Source of the DNA: an uncultured candidate division Zixibacteria bacterium
Lineage (GTDB): Bacteria; Zixibacteria; MSB-5A5; UBA10806
Direction: 5' to 3'
Length of the DNA stretch: 64,000 nt
Assembly (NCBI GenBank): GCA_963801605.1
Contig: CAWDFP010000008.1
Location: 10,314-74,313, forward strand
Made by a program: the position numbers and the translations under genes. Below are positions 22,531 through 31,894 of the stretch, in pieces (within the stretch, counting starts at the first letter, position 1; every line of letters starts with the position of its first letter). The notes beneath the pieces are model-generated. The model worked only from the letters and a program-made list of their open reading frames with translations, did no database searches and was not told where the DNA came from.

Positions 22531-23526
22531 CTAAATGTGAAATTCGATTATATCGCCATCGGATAATACAAAATTATTCTTCACGCGCTGGCCCTCGAAT
22601 TTCCCTTTACCCCAAACTTTGGCAAATTGAAGTTTGTAGGCGAAATCCTTATGCAAGTTTACGGCAGCTTCCTCGACAGTACCGCCAATCGGAAGAATGA
22701 TTGGATCGATATATTCCACATCATGCCCGATCCGCTTGGTATAGACTCGAATTATATTCATGGATGCAAACACGGCAGCTTTGAAATTGTTGAGAGAATC
22801 ATCGTCAAGAATTGACGTTGGCACGATTACGAAATCTGGAAAGCGTTGTTTGAGGCGGGCAAGACCCGCCCCAGATTCATCATCAAGAAATTTATTGGCG
22901 ATAACTATAGTTTTCTTATAGGAAAAATGAGGATTTTCGACTTTTTCCGGCGGATCGGGTGTTAGATTGATTGCCTTTTCTTCAAGTAGTTTCAGGATAA
23001 GATCAAACTCGGATACCGGATCAGGATTGGAAACATCACCAATCATCGCAACCAGATCGGATTGACGGATCAGATTGGGAAGATAGGTTGGAAACTGTTG
23101 ATCCGATATAGCTGGTGTATCAATCAATTGAAAATGAACGGTCTCGAATGTCATCATGCCGGTAAGCGGTTCTCTGGTGGTATAAGGATATTCGCCGATA
23201 AGCGGTTTAGCGTGAGTTACGCTTTCAAGCAGGCTCGATTTACCCGTATTTGGCGGACCGATCATGATGACCTGCGCCGCACCCTCCTTTTCGATATGGG
23301 AATGGAGATCGACCCGGTGGGCACCATGCCCCTTACCACCCTCCTCAGCCTGTTTCTTGAGTTTCGAAATTTTGGCCTTCATCTCCGCTTGAAGCTTGTC
23401 CGTTCCTTTATGCTTGGGCATTAAGGCCAGAAGCTCTTTGGCTAGACGAAGCTTTTCATGAGGGTCAGTTTCTTTGTTGAACTGTCTCTCAAGTTCATAA
23501 TAATGGGGCGGTAGATTCGCGGGCAT
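22531..23526 (-). CDS. DRG/Obg-superfamily GTPase with TGS domain
   Basis: PKHKGTDKL, GPPNTGKSS, YPYTTREP, DTPA, NKFLD, IRVYTK, FAKVWG...GQRV...DGDIIEFH. Confidence 0.85.
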   Translation of the reverse strand: MPANLPPHYYELERQFNKETDPHEKLRLAKELLALMPKHKGTDKLQAEMKAKISKLKKQAEEGGKGHGAHRVDLHSHIEKEGAAQVIMIGPPNTGKSSLLESVTHAKPLIGEYPYTTREPLTGMMTFETVHFQLIDTPAISDQQFPTYLPNLIRQSDLVAMIGDVSNPDPVSEFDLILKLLEEKAINLTPDPPEKVENPHFSYKKTIVIANKFLDDESGAGLARLKQRFPDFVIVPTSILDDDSLNNFKAAVFASMNIIRVYTKRIGHDVEYIDPIILPIGGTVEEAAVNLHKDFAYKLQFAKVWGKGKFEGQRVKNNFVLSDGDIIEFHI

Positions 23527-23616
23527 AGATTATCCTCCGAAATATTTTACTCCAAAAAATGAATTATTTCAAGTTTAAAGCAGGCGATAGCGCGGGGATC
23601 ACAGCCCCGAATAGAT

Positions 23617-23761
23617 GCGCGGGTTCCGCCTCCTGACCCCAGGGGTCAGGAGCAGGAAATCCGATTGTGAATATCCGCGGTATCGGTATGTCAGAGACCA
23701 TCTATACTGATGTTGGGAGCTCTCGGATTTCCGCGTCCAATTGGACGAGCGGAACCCGCGC
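23617..23761. repeat. Composite palindromic mini-element, copy 1
   Basis: 13-bp terminal IR gcgcgggttccgc/gcggaacccgcgc, two internal palindromes, inner IR gaaatccga/tcggatttc. Confidence 0.85.
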
Positions 23762-23918
23762 CTGTTTGTGGATGGTTCTTCGCAAAGTTATCGAATTAGG
23801 TAATTTACAAATCGCTTGCATTTTTATGGTCAGGGCGTATTATTTGTATACGTTCTGAATATAGAGGAAGATGTATAACGTTCGGAGATAAACACTTTTG
23901 AACGAATGAGGTTATAAG

Positions 23919-26465
23919 ATGAAAAAAGTTGGAATCGCGCTGGGAATAATTATCCTGGTTATCATCGTTGTTCTGCTGGTAATCCCGATATTTTTCAAAC
24001 CGCAAATCGTCAAGATGGTTAAGGAAAAAGCCAATCAAAGCATAAATGCCACGGTTGATTTCAAAGATGTCAGCATAAGTCTGCTGAGCTCCTTCCCAAA
24101 TGCCCGGGTTTCGCTTGAAAAAATCTCGGTCGTAAACAAGGCGCCGTTTGAGGGTGACACGTTGGCCAGCCTCGATAAATTTGAGATCACGGTCAACCCC
24201 TGGAAATATCTTTCGAGCAAACAGCTGGAGATATTATCGCTCAAACTCGATAAGCCCGATCTTTTCCTGGTTACTCTTAAGGATGGCCGCTCGAATTATA
24301 TGATAATGTCTCCGACTCCGGCTAATGCTCCTCCCGAGCAGACGCAGGGGGCAGCCATGAATCTGGCGATTAAAAATTACGCTATAAGCAACGGTCGTAT
24401 CGTTTACGCCAACGATTCATCGGGAATCTATGCAGCGGTTATTGGCTTAAATCATGAAGGTAAGGGGGATTTCTCCAAATCGGTATTTACTCTGTCTACC
24501 AAGACAAAAATCGACAGCCTTTCGGTTCAGATGGGCGGCGTATCTTATCTTAATAAGGCCGAATTGAATATTAAGGCCGATCTCGATATGGATTTGAATG
24601 CAAAGAAATACGCGTTCAAACAAAACGAGGTCAGGCTCAATCAATTGGCGCTGGCATTCGATGGTTGGGTGCAGATGGCTGGTGAGGCGATTAATATGGA
24701 TTTGACTTTCAAGACGCCCAGCACCGAATTCAAGAGCTTACTTTCGATGATACCATCGGTTTATCGTAAGAATTTCAACGACCTGCAGGCCCAGGGACAA
24801 TTTTCACTTGAGGGCAAAGCGCAGGGTACCTATAGTAAAAAGCAGATGCCGCTTATTGATGCCAGGTTATTGGTCGATAACGGCATGTTTGAGTATGCCC
24901 AGCTTAAGACACCGGTCAAAAATGTTTCGCTCGATCTGCAAATCCAAAATCCGGGTAGAACAATGGATGATACTGAAATCGATTTGCGTAAATTTCATCT
25001 GGAGATACTGAATGAGCCGGTCGATGCCCAACTTCTTGTAAAGACGCCGATCTCCAATCCCTACGTCGATGGATTCCTCAAGGGAAATATTAATTTAGCC
25101 GATGTGCGAAAATTGGTACCCATGAGCGACAGCGTTCAACTCGAAGGTATGGTGAGATCAGATGTTAAATTCCGAGGAAACGTCGGCTCTCTTCAGCAAA
25201 AGCAATTAGGGAATTTTACAGCATCAGGAGCAGTTGCATTTGCGAATATTAAGTACGCGGCTCCGACCATTCCGGAAGCGGTTCAAGTATCAAGCGCCAA
25301 TATTACATTCACTCCCGCTCAAGCCAAGTTGGAAAATTTCAATATGAAAATGGGTAAAAGCGATATTAAGGCCAATGGCGGTCTCGACAACGTTATAGGA
25401 TATGTTCTCGCCGGGCAAACTCTGAGCGGAAATTTGGCAATCAGCTCCAATTATCTCGACCTCACACCGATGATGAAACAGCCGGGCGGCGCGTTGGCGG
25501 CTGTTGAGCTTCCCGATAGGATTGATTTTCAAATGTCCGGCATTTTTGGCGAAATTGTTTTGGATAACATGGATATGACCAATGTCAAGGGCACCCTGCT
25601 CTTGAAAAATAGGACTCTGACACTTTCGAATTTATCCGCCAATTTTCTGGGCGGCACCATGATCAGCAACGGCACCTACGCTTATATCAAACCATCCAAA
25701 CCGCACATCAATTTCGATCTCAAGATGTCACAATTAAATATACCCGACATGTACAAAACATTCGTTACGGTTCAAACCTTTGCGCCGATGGCGGGATACA
25801 TGAAAGGGCAGGTAAACGGCAATATCAATTTAAACTCCGATCTCGGGGATTCATTGATGCCGCTTTGGCAAACAATTATCGGTCAGGGGGCATTGCAGAT
25901 TCCTCAGGCTCAGATCGAAAATTTCGAACCGCTTAACAAAATCGCCGATGTTTTAAAAATGAGTCAATTCAGCAATCCGACACTGAAAAATCTGGCTCCA
26001 AGTTTCAATATTCAGGATGGATTTTTCCATCTCAAACCAATTAATTTTAGTATCGGCGATATACCGGTGATAGCATCAGGCTCAAACGGTTTGGATAAGA
26101 CACTTGATTACCAGTTGAAGCTTCAACTACCGGCCTCGATGATGAAAAATACGATCAATTCCGCGCTCTCGGGATTACTTGGCAACAGCGCCAATCTTGT
26201 AGGAAATGAAACTGTCGAGGTTAATGTTGGTGTAGCCGGTCCGATTAACAGCCCCAAGATTAATACATCACTGGGGCAGATAGCCAAGGGCGCCGTTCAA
26301 CAGCTTCAGCAACAAGCCAAGCAGGAGCTCGAAAATCAGGCCCAGCAAAAGCTCAATCAGCAAAAGGCAGCAGTGGAGGATTCCTTAAGCAAGGCCGTTG
26401 AGAATCAAAAACAGAAACAAACTGAGGATATCAAAAACAAAATTAAGGGCCTGTTCGGGAAATAA
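23919..26465 (+). CDS. AsmA family protein
   Basis: N-terminal membrane anchor, beta-rich AsmA-like repeats, Gln/Lys-rich tail ending KIKGLFGK. Confidence 0.85.
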   Translation: MKKVGIALGIIILVIIVVLLVIPIFFKPQIVKMVKEKANQSINATVDFKDVSISLLSSFPNARVSLEKISVVNKAPFEGDTLASLDKFEITVNPWKYLSSKQLEILSLKLDKPDLFLVTLKDGRSNYMIMSPTPANAPPEQTQGAAMNLAIKNYAISNGRIVYANDSSGIYAAVIGLNHEGKGDFSKSVFTLSTKTKIDSLSVQMGGVSYLNKAELNIKADLDMDLNAKKYAFKQNEVRLNQLALAFDGWVQMAGEAINMDLTFKTPSTEFKSLLSMIPSVYRKNFNDLQAQGQFSLEGKAQGTYSKKQMPLIDARLLVDNGMFEYAQLKTPVKNVSLDLQIQNPGRTMDDTEIDLRKFHLEILNEPVDAQLLVKTPISNPYVDGFLKGNINLADVRKLVPMSDSVQLEGMVRSDVKFRGNVGSLQQKQLGNFTASGAVAFANIKYAAPTIPEAVQVSSANITFTPAQAKLENFNMKMGKSDIKANGGLDNVIGYVLAGQTLSGNLAISSNYLDLTPMMKQPGGALAAVELPDRIDFQMSGIFGEIVLDNMDMTNVKGTLLLKNRTLTLSNLSANFLGGTMISNGTYAYIKPSKPHINFDLKMSQLNIPDMYKTFVTVQTFAPMAGYMKGQVNGNINLNSDLGDSLMPLWQTIIGQGALQIPQAQIENFEPLNKIADVLKMSQFSNPTLKNLAPSFNIQDGFFHLKPINFSIGDIPVIASGSNGLDKTLDYQLKLQLPASMMKNTINSALSGLLGNSANLVGNETVEVNVGVAGPINSPKINTSLGQIAKGAVQQLQQQAKQELENQAQQKLNQQKAAVEDSLSKAVENQKQKQTEDIKNKIKGLFGK

Positions 26466-26486
26466 GAATTTTAGCATTTTCTGTTA

Positions 26487-26541
26487 AAATCACAAAACGC
26501 CGGGATTATAATTAAATCCCGGCGCTTAATTTTTGTGATTT
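26487..26541. terminator. Bidirectional terminator between convergent asmA-like gene and aconitase
   Basis: aaatcacaaaa-cgccgggatt...aatcccggcg-...ttttgtgattt extended inverted repeat. Confidence 0.75.
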
Positions 26542-26569
26542 ATCTAATCAGAAGGTAATTCGATTATGC

Positions 26570-28541
26570 TTAAACAGCCGCTTTATTTCCTTCCTTTTGA
26601 TGTTTTTTACGGAAGATATTTATCAACCCCCCTGCCAGGATCATCTCGATTTGCCGCGCAGTCATAGAATGATGTACTTTATAAATTTCATTCCTGGTTT
26701 TATTAAATATCTCGAAAGCCGCCGTTATTTTTGATTTTCTCGATAATATTCTCAATCACCAGGTAATCGTTTTGATTGATTCTGTTATAATCATCGGTAT
26801 TATCAAATTCGAGAGGCAGTACTCCGAAATTGGTCAGGTTCTGCCAATGAATTCGGGCGAATCCCTTTGCCAGAACTGCCCGAAGCCCCAGAAATCTCGG
26901 CACCAGGGCAGCATGTTCGCGACTTGACCCCTGGCCATAATTCAGTCCTGCCACCACAAAAGAGCCGATACTTTTACATTCCAAGGCCCGAGTGTAGAAA
27001 GTCTCATCGACCTGCGAAAATGCAAACTTGCTGAGCTCCTGAATATTACTTCTAAATGGCAAAACCTTCGTTCCCGCGGGAAGAATCTCATCGGTGGAAA
27101 TGTTATCGCCCAGTTTGAGTAAAATCGGACCCTCGATTGTACCAGCAAGGGGATCGAGAATTGGAAGCGACTTTACATTTGGCCCTTTTTCCAACTTTAT
27201 ATCAATACCGCGCTCCGGCGGGGCAATCAGCATTTGCTTATTAATTATCGGATTTTCAGGTTCTACAAAATGAGGACAGGCCATATCGAGCGTTCGGGGA
27301 TCGGTGATAACGCCTTTTAAGGCCGATGCCGCCGCGGTTTCGGGGCTGCAGAGATATACTAAATCGTCTTTCGTACCGGATCGTCCCGGGAAATTTCTGG
27401 GCACGGTGCGCAGGCTGATTTTGTGAGTGGCGGGCGCCTGCCCCATGCCGATACAACCGTTACAACCAGCCTGATGAATCCGTCCTCCGGAATGAATTAA
27501 CATCCCAAGATACCCCTGCGCCGCCAAATTTTCCAGAATCTGCCTGGATGCGGGATTAATATCGAAAGATACATGATCGTTAATCTGTCTGCCCTTAACT
27601 ATCATGGCCGGTACCGCAAAATCGCGTAAACCCGGATTGGCCGATGAGCCAATCACCGCCTGATAAATTTCCCGACCAGCAACTTCTCTAACCGGTACGA
27701 CATTGCCCGGACTGCTTGGCAACGCGACCAAAGGCTCAAGAGTCGAAAGATCAATTTCCTCATATTCGTCATAGGTAGCATCGAAATCGGGCATTAATTC
27801 AACCCAGGCATCTTCTCGCCCCTGCGCCCGCAAAAATCGCCTGATTTCGCTATCCGATGGAAATACCGATGTCGTCGCACCAAGCTCCGCCCCCATATTG
27901 GCGATCACGTGTCGATCCATAGCAGATAAAGTGTCCAAACCCGGTCCGTAATATTCGATTATTCGTCCCACTCCCCCGCTTACGCCGTGCCGACGAAGCA
28001 TTTCTAAGATCACGTCCTTGGCGCTAACCCAATCAGGAAGTTTGCCTGTTAGCCTCACCCCCCAAACCTTCGGCATCTTTACATAAAACGGTTCACCTGC
28101 GATCGCCAGTCCCACCTCAAGGCCACCGGCTCCGATAGCGAGCATCCCCAGAGATCCCGCCGAACAGGTATGGCTGTCCGAACCGAGTAGAGTTTTCCCG
28201 GGAACTCCAAATCGTTCCATGTGTACCGGATGGCTGACCCCGTTTCCCGGACGGCTAAACCAGATTCCAAATTTCATACAGGCGCTTTTCAGGAAAATGT
28301 GATCATCGGCGTTTTTAAAATCAGTTTGAAGCAGGTTATGATCCACATATTGCGCCGAAAGCTCAGTCCGCGCGCGCTCCAATCCCATAGCCTCAAGTTC
28401 CAGCATGACCAGAGTTCCGGTAGCATCCTGAGCTAAGGTCTGGTCTATTTTCAGCCCGATCTCCTCCCCTGCTTTCATCCGTCCGGCGACAAGATGGCTT
28501 TCAATCAATTTTTGCGCGACATTCTTCCCCACGAATCCCAT
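26570..28541 (-). CDS. Aconitate hydratase (single-chain type; frameshift near 26720)
   Basis: QDATGT, YVDHN, GSDSHT, IGSSANPG, GCNGCIGMGQAP, RNFPGRSG, NYGQGSSREHAA; C-terminus ILAGGLIN lies in another frame. Confidence 0.9.
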
Positions 28542-28725
28542 CCTTTCTAATTACAACAACCGGCAACCCGGTCGAAACAGCTTCTCTTATCCATATATAA
28601 CATGGATAAGAACACCGCTGGAAAAATGGTGGTTCCTGGTGATAATCCCAAAAATTTGAACGACGCGTTTGGGAAGTTAGGAAGCCAATATTAAATCAAA
28701 TGATATCTTCGGAGAAAAACAATAG

Positions 28726-28877
28726 CCGCGGGTTCCGCCCGTCCAATTGGACGCAGAAATCCGATTGCTGTATAGGAGATGCATTATAATATCGGAATTC
28801 TACAATCGTGATAAATTGAGTTGGCGCCATTCGGATTTCTTTCTCCTGACCCTTTGGTCAGGAGGCGGAACCCGCGG
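28726..28877. repeat. Composite palindromic mini-element, copy 2 (inverted relative to copy 1)
   Basis: 14-bp terminal IR ccgcgggttccgcc/ggcggaacccgcgg with the same two internal palindromes in swapped order. Confidence 0.85.
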
Positions 28878-28885
28878 AGGCATTG

Positions 28886-31570
28886 CTATCCAATCGTCTT
28901 TGAGACTTCAACGGTGGAATCGGAGGAATATGTAATCTCAAAACCCAGTTTTTGAAAAACCGAGATCATGGGGCCGTTATTTGTCGTAGTGACTGCTGTT
29001 ACCATTCGAAGCTTCCATTTACCTGCGATTTCCAGACAGTATTCAGTTAGGATTTTGCCTAGGTCCTTTTGCTGCCAGGCATCGGCGATAAGCACCGCAT
29101 ACTCAACGCTTTCATGGTCGAGATCGGCAATCAGCCGGCCTACACCGATCAATTTCCTCGCTCCATTCTCCTCGATCTCGGCTACGATAGCGATTTCTCT
29201 ATCGTAATCAATATAGCAGTAACGGGCCGCAACCTCATGCGAGGCCCATTGGAAAAAGTAGCGGAATCTCAGATAAATCGATTCTTTGGAGCAGCTTGCC
29301 AGAAGATTCATCCATAACGGCTCATCCTCGGGCTTTATCGGGCGAAGTATTACTTTGGTGCCATCCCTGAGCGATACAGTCTTAACATATTTTTCGGGAT
29401 ATGGCCTGAGCGCCAGATGTGAATAAGGTTCAAGGGCCTTTCCAATTAAAGTATTATCCATCACGATACGAGCATCAAGCGCCACTACCCCTTTGGGGCT
29501 GACAAGCAACGGATTAATATCGAGTTCGCTTATTTCCGGATAATCCGCAGCCAGATAAGATAGCCTGATAAGGGTCTCGATCAGCTTATCGGTATCGGCC
29601 GGTGGCCTGCCACGGTAACCTTTCAGAAGCGGCCAGATTTTTAGCGATTCCAACATTCTGCGGGCTAATCTTTCATTGAGAGGTGGAAATCCAAGCGCTT
29701 TGTCCGCAAAAAGCTCGGCAGCTACTCCACCCATACCCGCCATTATAATTGTCCCAAATATTGGGTCCTTTTTTATGCCGATGATAAGCTCGGTCGAATC
29801 TCCCTTGGTCACCATTCGCTGAACAGTAACACCCTCGATCCTGGCCTCGGGCTTTTTCTGACTGACGCTTGATATTATTCTTTCGAAACTTTCGCGCACC
29901 ATGGCCTCATTATCAACGCTTAGAGCCACGCCGCCAACATCCGTTTTATGAGTAATATCCGGCGAATGAATTTTAAGAGCCACTGGATAACCAATCTGAT
30001 TGGCGATATACACGGCTTCATCGGCTGTTTTCGCACGATGCGGACGGGTTACCGGAATGCCGTAGGTTTCGATAAGAGACTTGGAGATATCCTCGGATAA
30101 GGTGCTGTTGCCGCCGAAATTCGAGGCTACGAATTCGGTCCGAAGCTTTTCTCGGTCCACGTTGAAATCAACCCGGATATCCTTGGGAGTGTCATAAAGC
30201 GTCTCAAGGTTTTTCGAATAAGAAACTAATGTCATAAAAGCTCTGATGGCCTGCTCGGGGGTTCTATATGATGGTACACCGGAGTTAATTAGTATCTGGT
30301 CCCCCTCACGCATAGCCGCTCCCCCCAGCCAGGCGGCGAGTATCGGTTTGGAGGTGCTTTCAGAAAGTCTGGCAACGACCTTGGCTGCTGCGGTCGGGTT
30401 TGTCATGGCTTGGGGAGTAAGAATCACCAGGACAGCATCGATGGCGGTATCCTGCAAAACTATTTGAACCGCTTTTTCGATCCTTTTGGAGTTGGCGTCA
30501 CCTAAAACATCGATAGGATTACTATGCGACCAGGCAGGCGGCAAATTTTCATTCAGGGTTTCCATAGTTTTATCAGACAATTTGGCCAACTCGCCACCTG
30601 ATGCTATAAGCGAGTCCGTAGCCATAACGCCCGGGCCGCCGGCGTTGGTGACGATCCCCAGCCGTGGGCCTTGAGGAATCTTGCGACGGCCGATAAGTTC
30701 GACGCAATCGAATATTTCTCCAATATCGAATACCCTGGCCACTCCGATACGCTGAAAGGCAGCGTCATACACAGCATCTTCCGAGGCCATGGCGCCGGTG
30801 TGCGATGCCGCCGCCTTGGCAGATTCAGGAAACCGTCCCGCTTTATACGCAATTATTGGTTTGGTGCGCGCAAAGGCCCTGGCGGCCGTCATGAATTTGC
30901 GGGCTTGCGAAATTGATTCGATATAGAGTATGATCGATTCGGTATTTTCATCTTCTCCGAAATAATCGATCAAATCACCGAATCCGACATCGATCGTATT
31001 TCCAATAGAGACGAAATGCGAAAACCCGATTTTACCTTCAAGTGCCCAATCGAGCACCGATGTACATAGCGCTCCCGATTGCGAAATAAAGGCTACATGC
31101 CCGGCTTTCGGCATGCCGGCCGCAAAACTGATATTGAGTTTTTTGCCTGGTGAAATTATCCCCAGGCAGTTTGGACCGATTATTCTCATGCCTCGAAAAC
31201 ATGCTGCCTGTTCCCTGATTTTTTCTTCAAGCGCTTTGCCCTCAGCGCCGATTTCTCTAAATCCGGCCGATATAATCATCAAGCCCAAAATACCGGCCTC
31301 GCCGCATTGGCGTACCAAATCGGGAACCTGAACAGCTGGAGCGCAGATCACACCCAAATCGGGCATATTGGGTAATGATTTAATGTCTGGATAGCAGCTT
31401 ATTCCCAGAACTGCCTCTCGGTCCGGATTTACAGGGTAAACTACACCATCAAAGCCTCCGCCAACGAGATTGGCAAGCAGTTTCCCCCCCACGCTGTTGG
31501 GGTTGGACGTTACCCCCATCACCGCTATCCGTCTGGGGCTGAAAAACCGATTTAAATTATGTACATCCAT
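28886..31570 (-). CDS. Acetate-CoA ligase-like/GNAT fusion (Pat/PatZ-type protein lysine acetyltransferase)
   Basis: GPNCLG, SQSGA, SHTGAMA, NAGGPGV, HKTDVGGV, ELDINPL, C-terminal GNAT (LRPIKPEDE, IDYDRE). Confidence 0.9.
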   Translation of the reverse strand: MDVHNLNRFFSPRRIAVMGVTSNPNSVGGKLLANLVGGGFDGVVYPVNPDREAVLGISCYPDIKSLPNMPDLGVICAPAVQVPDLVRQCGEAGILGLMIISAGFREIGAEGKALEEKIREQAACFRGMRIIGPNCLGIISPGKKLNISFAAGMPKAGHVAFISQSGALCTSVLDWALEGKIGFSHFVSIGNTIDVGFGDLIDYFGEDENTESIILYIESISQARKFMTAARAFARTKPIIAYKAGRFPESAKAAASHTGAMASEDAVYDAAFQRIGVARVFDIGEIFDCVELIGRRKIPQGPRLGIVTNAGGPGVMATDSLIASGGELAKLSDKTMETLNENLPPAWSHSNPIDVLGDANSKRIEKAVQIVLQDTAIDAVLVILTPQAMTNPTAAAKVVARLSESTSKPILAAWLGGAAMREGDQILINSGVPSYRTPEQAIRAFMTLVSYSKNLETLYDTPKDIRVDFNVDREKLRTEFVASNFGGNSTLSEDISKSLIETYGIPVTRPHRAKTADEAVYIANQIGYPVALKIHSPDITHKTDVGGVALSVDNEAMVRESFERIISSVSQKKPEARIEGVTVQRMVTKGDSTELIIGIKKDPIFGTIIMAGMGGVAAELFADKALGFPPLNERLARRMLESLKIWPLLKGYRGRPPADTDKLIETLIRLSYLAADYPEISELDINPLLVSPKGVVALDARIVMDNTLIGKALEPYSHLALRPYPEKYVKTVSLRDGTKVILRPIKPEDEPLWMNLLASCSKESIYLRFRYFFQWASHEVAARYCYIDYDREIAIVAEIEENGARKLIGVGRLIADLDHESVEYAVLIADAWQQKDLGKILTEYCLEIAGKWKLRMVTAVTTTNNGPMISVFQKLGFEITYSSDSTVEVSKTIG

Positions 31571-31829
31571 AGTTTTATCCTAAATTATTATCCAATCTTG
31601 TTCAACCATAACACAAAGGTAACTAATTACGCCTTTTTTATCAAGATCGATAGCCAATGAAATCGATGCTAGGATAACATTCCTTGACTTGATAAGCCGC
31701 TATGTTATATTAGCTTTGGATGAAAAAATGGCATTTCCGCTAAGCGGATTAATTATTTAAGCCAGGAATCATCCCCTCGTTAATTGGAGCTATTAATAAT
31801 ATTGAGTCGGTTAATTTCGGCATTGACAT

Positions 31830-31860
31830 TTCTATGAGTAATTTAATAGTGCTCATAGAA
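31830..31860 (+). promoter_or_regulatory. Inverted repeat next to TTGACA upstream of the PAS-LuxR gene
   Basis: ttctatgagta-atttaatag-tgctcatagaa immediately after TTGACA (31823-31828), about 35 nt before ATG 31895. Confidence 0.5.
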
Positions 31861-31894
31861 CAAAAATCAATGATTTCGTTTAGGGAGAATCTAT

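Noticed and set aside
23617..28877. CRISPR array from repeat-spacer-repeat appearance
   Set aside because: Arms are inverted rather than direct repeats, only two per locus, and no cas genes
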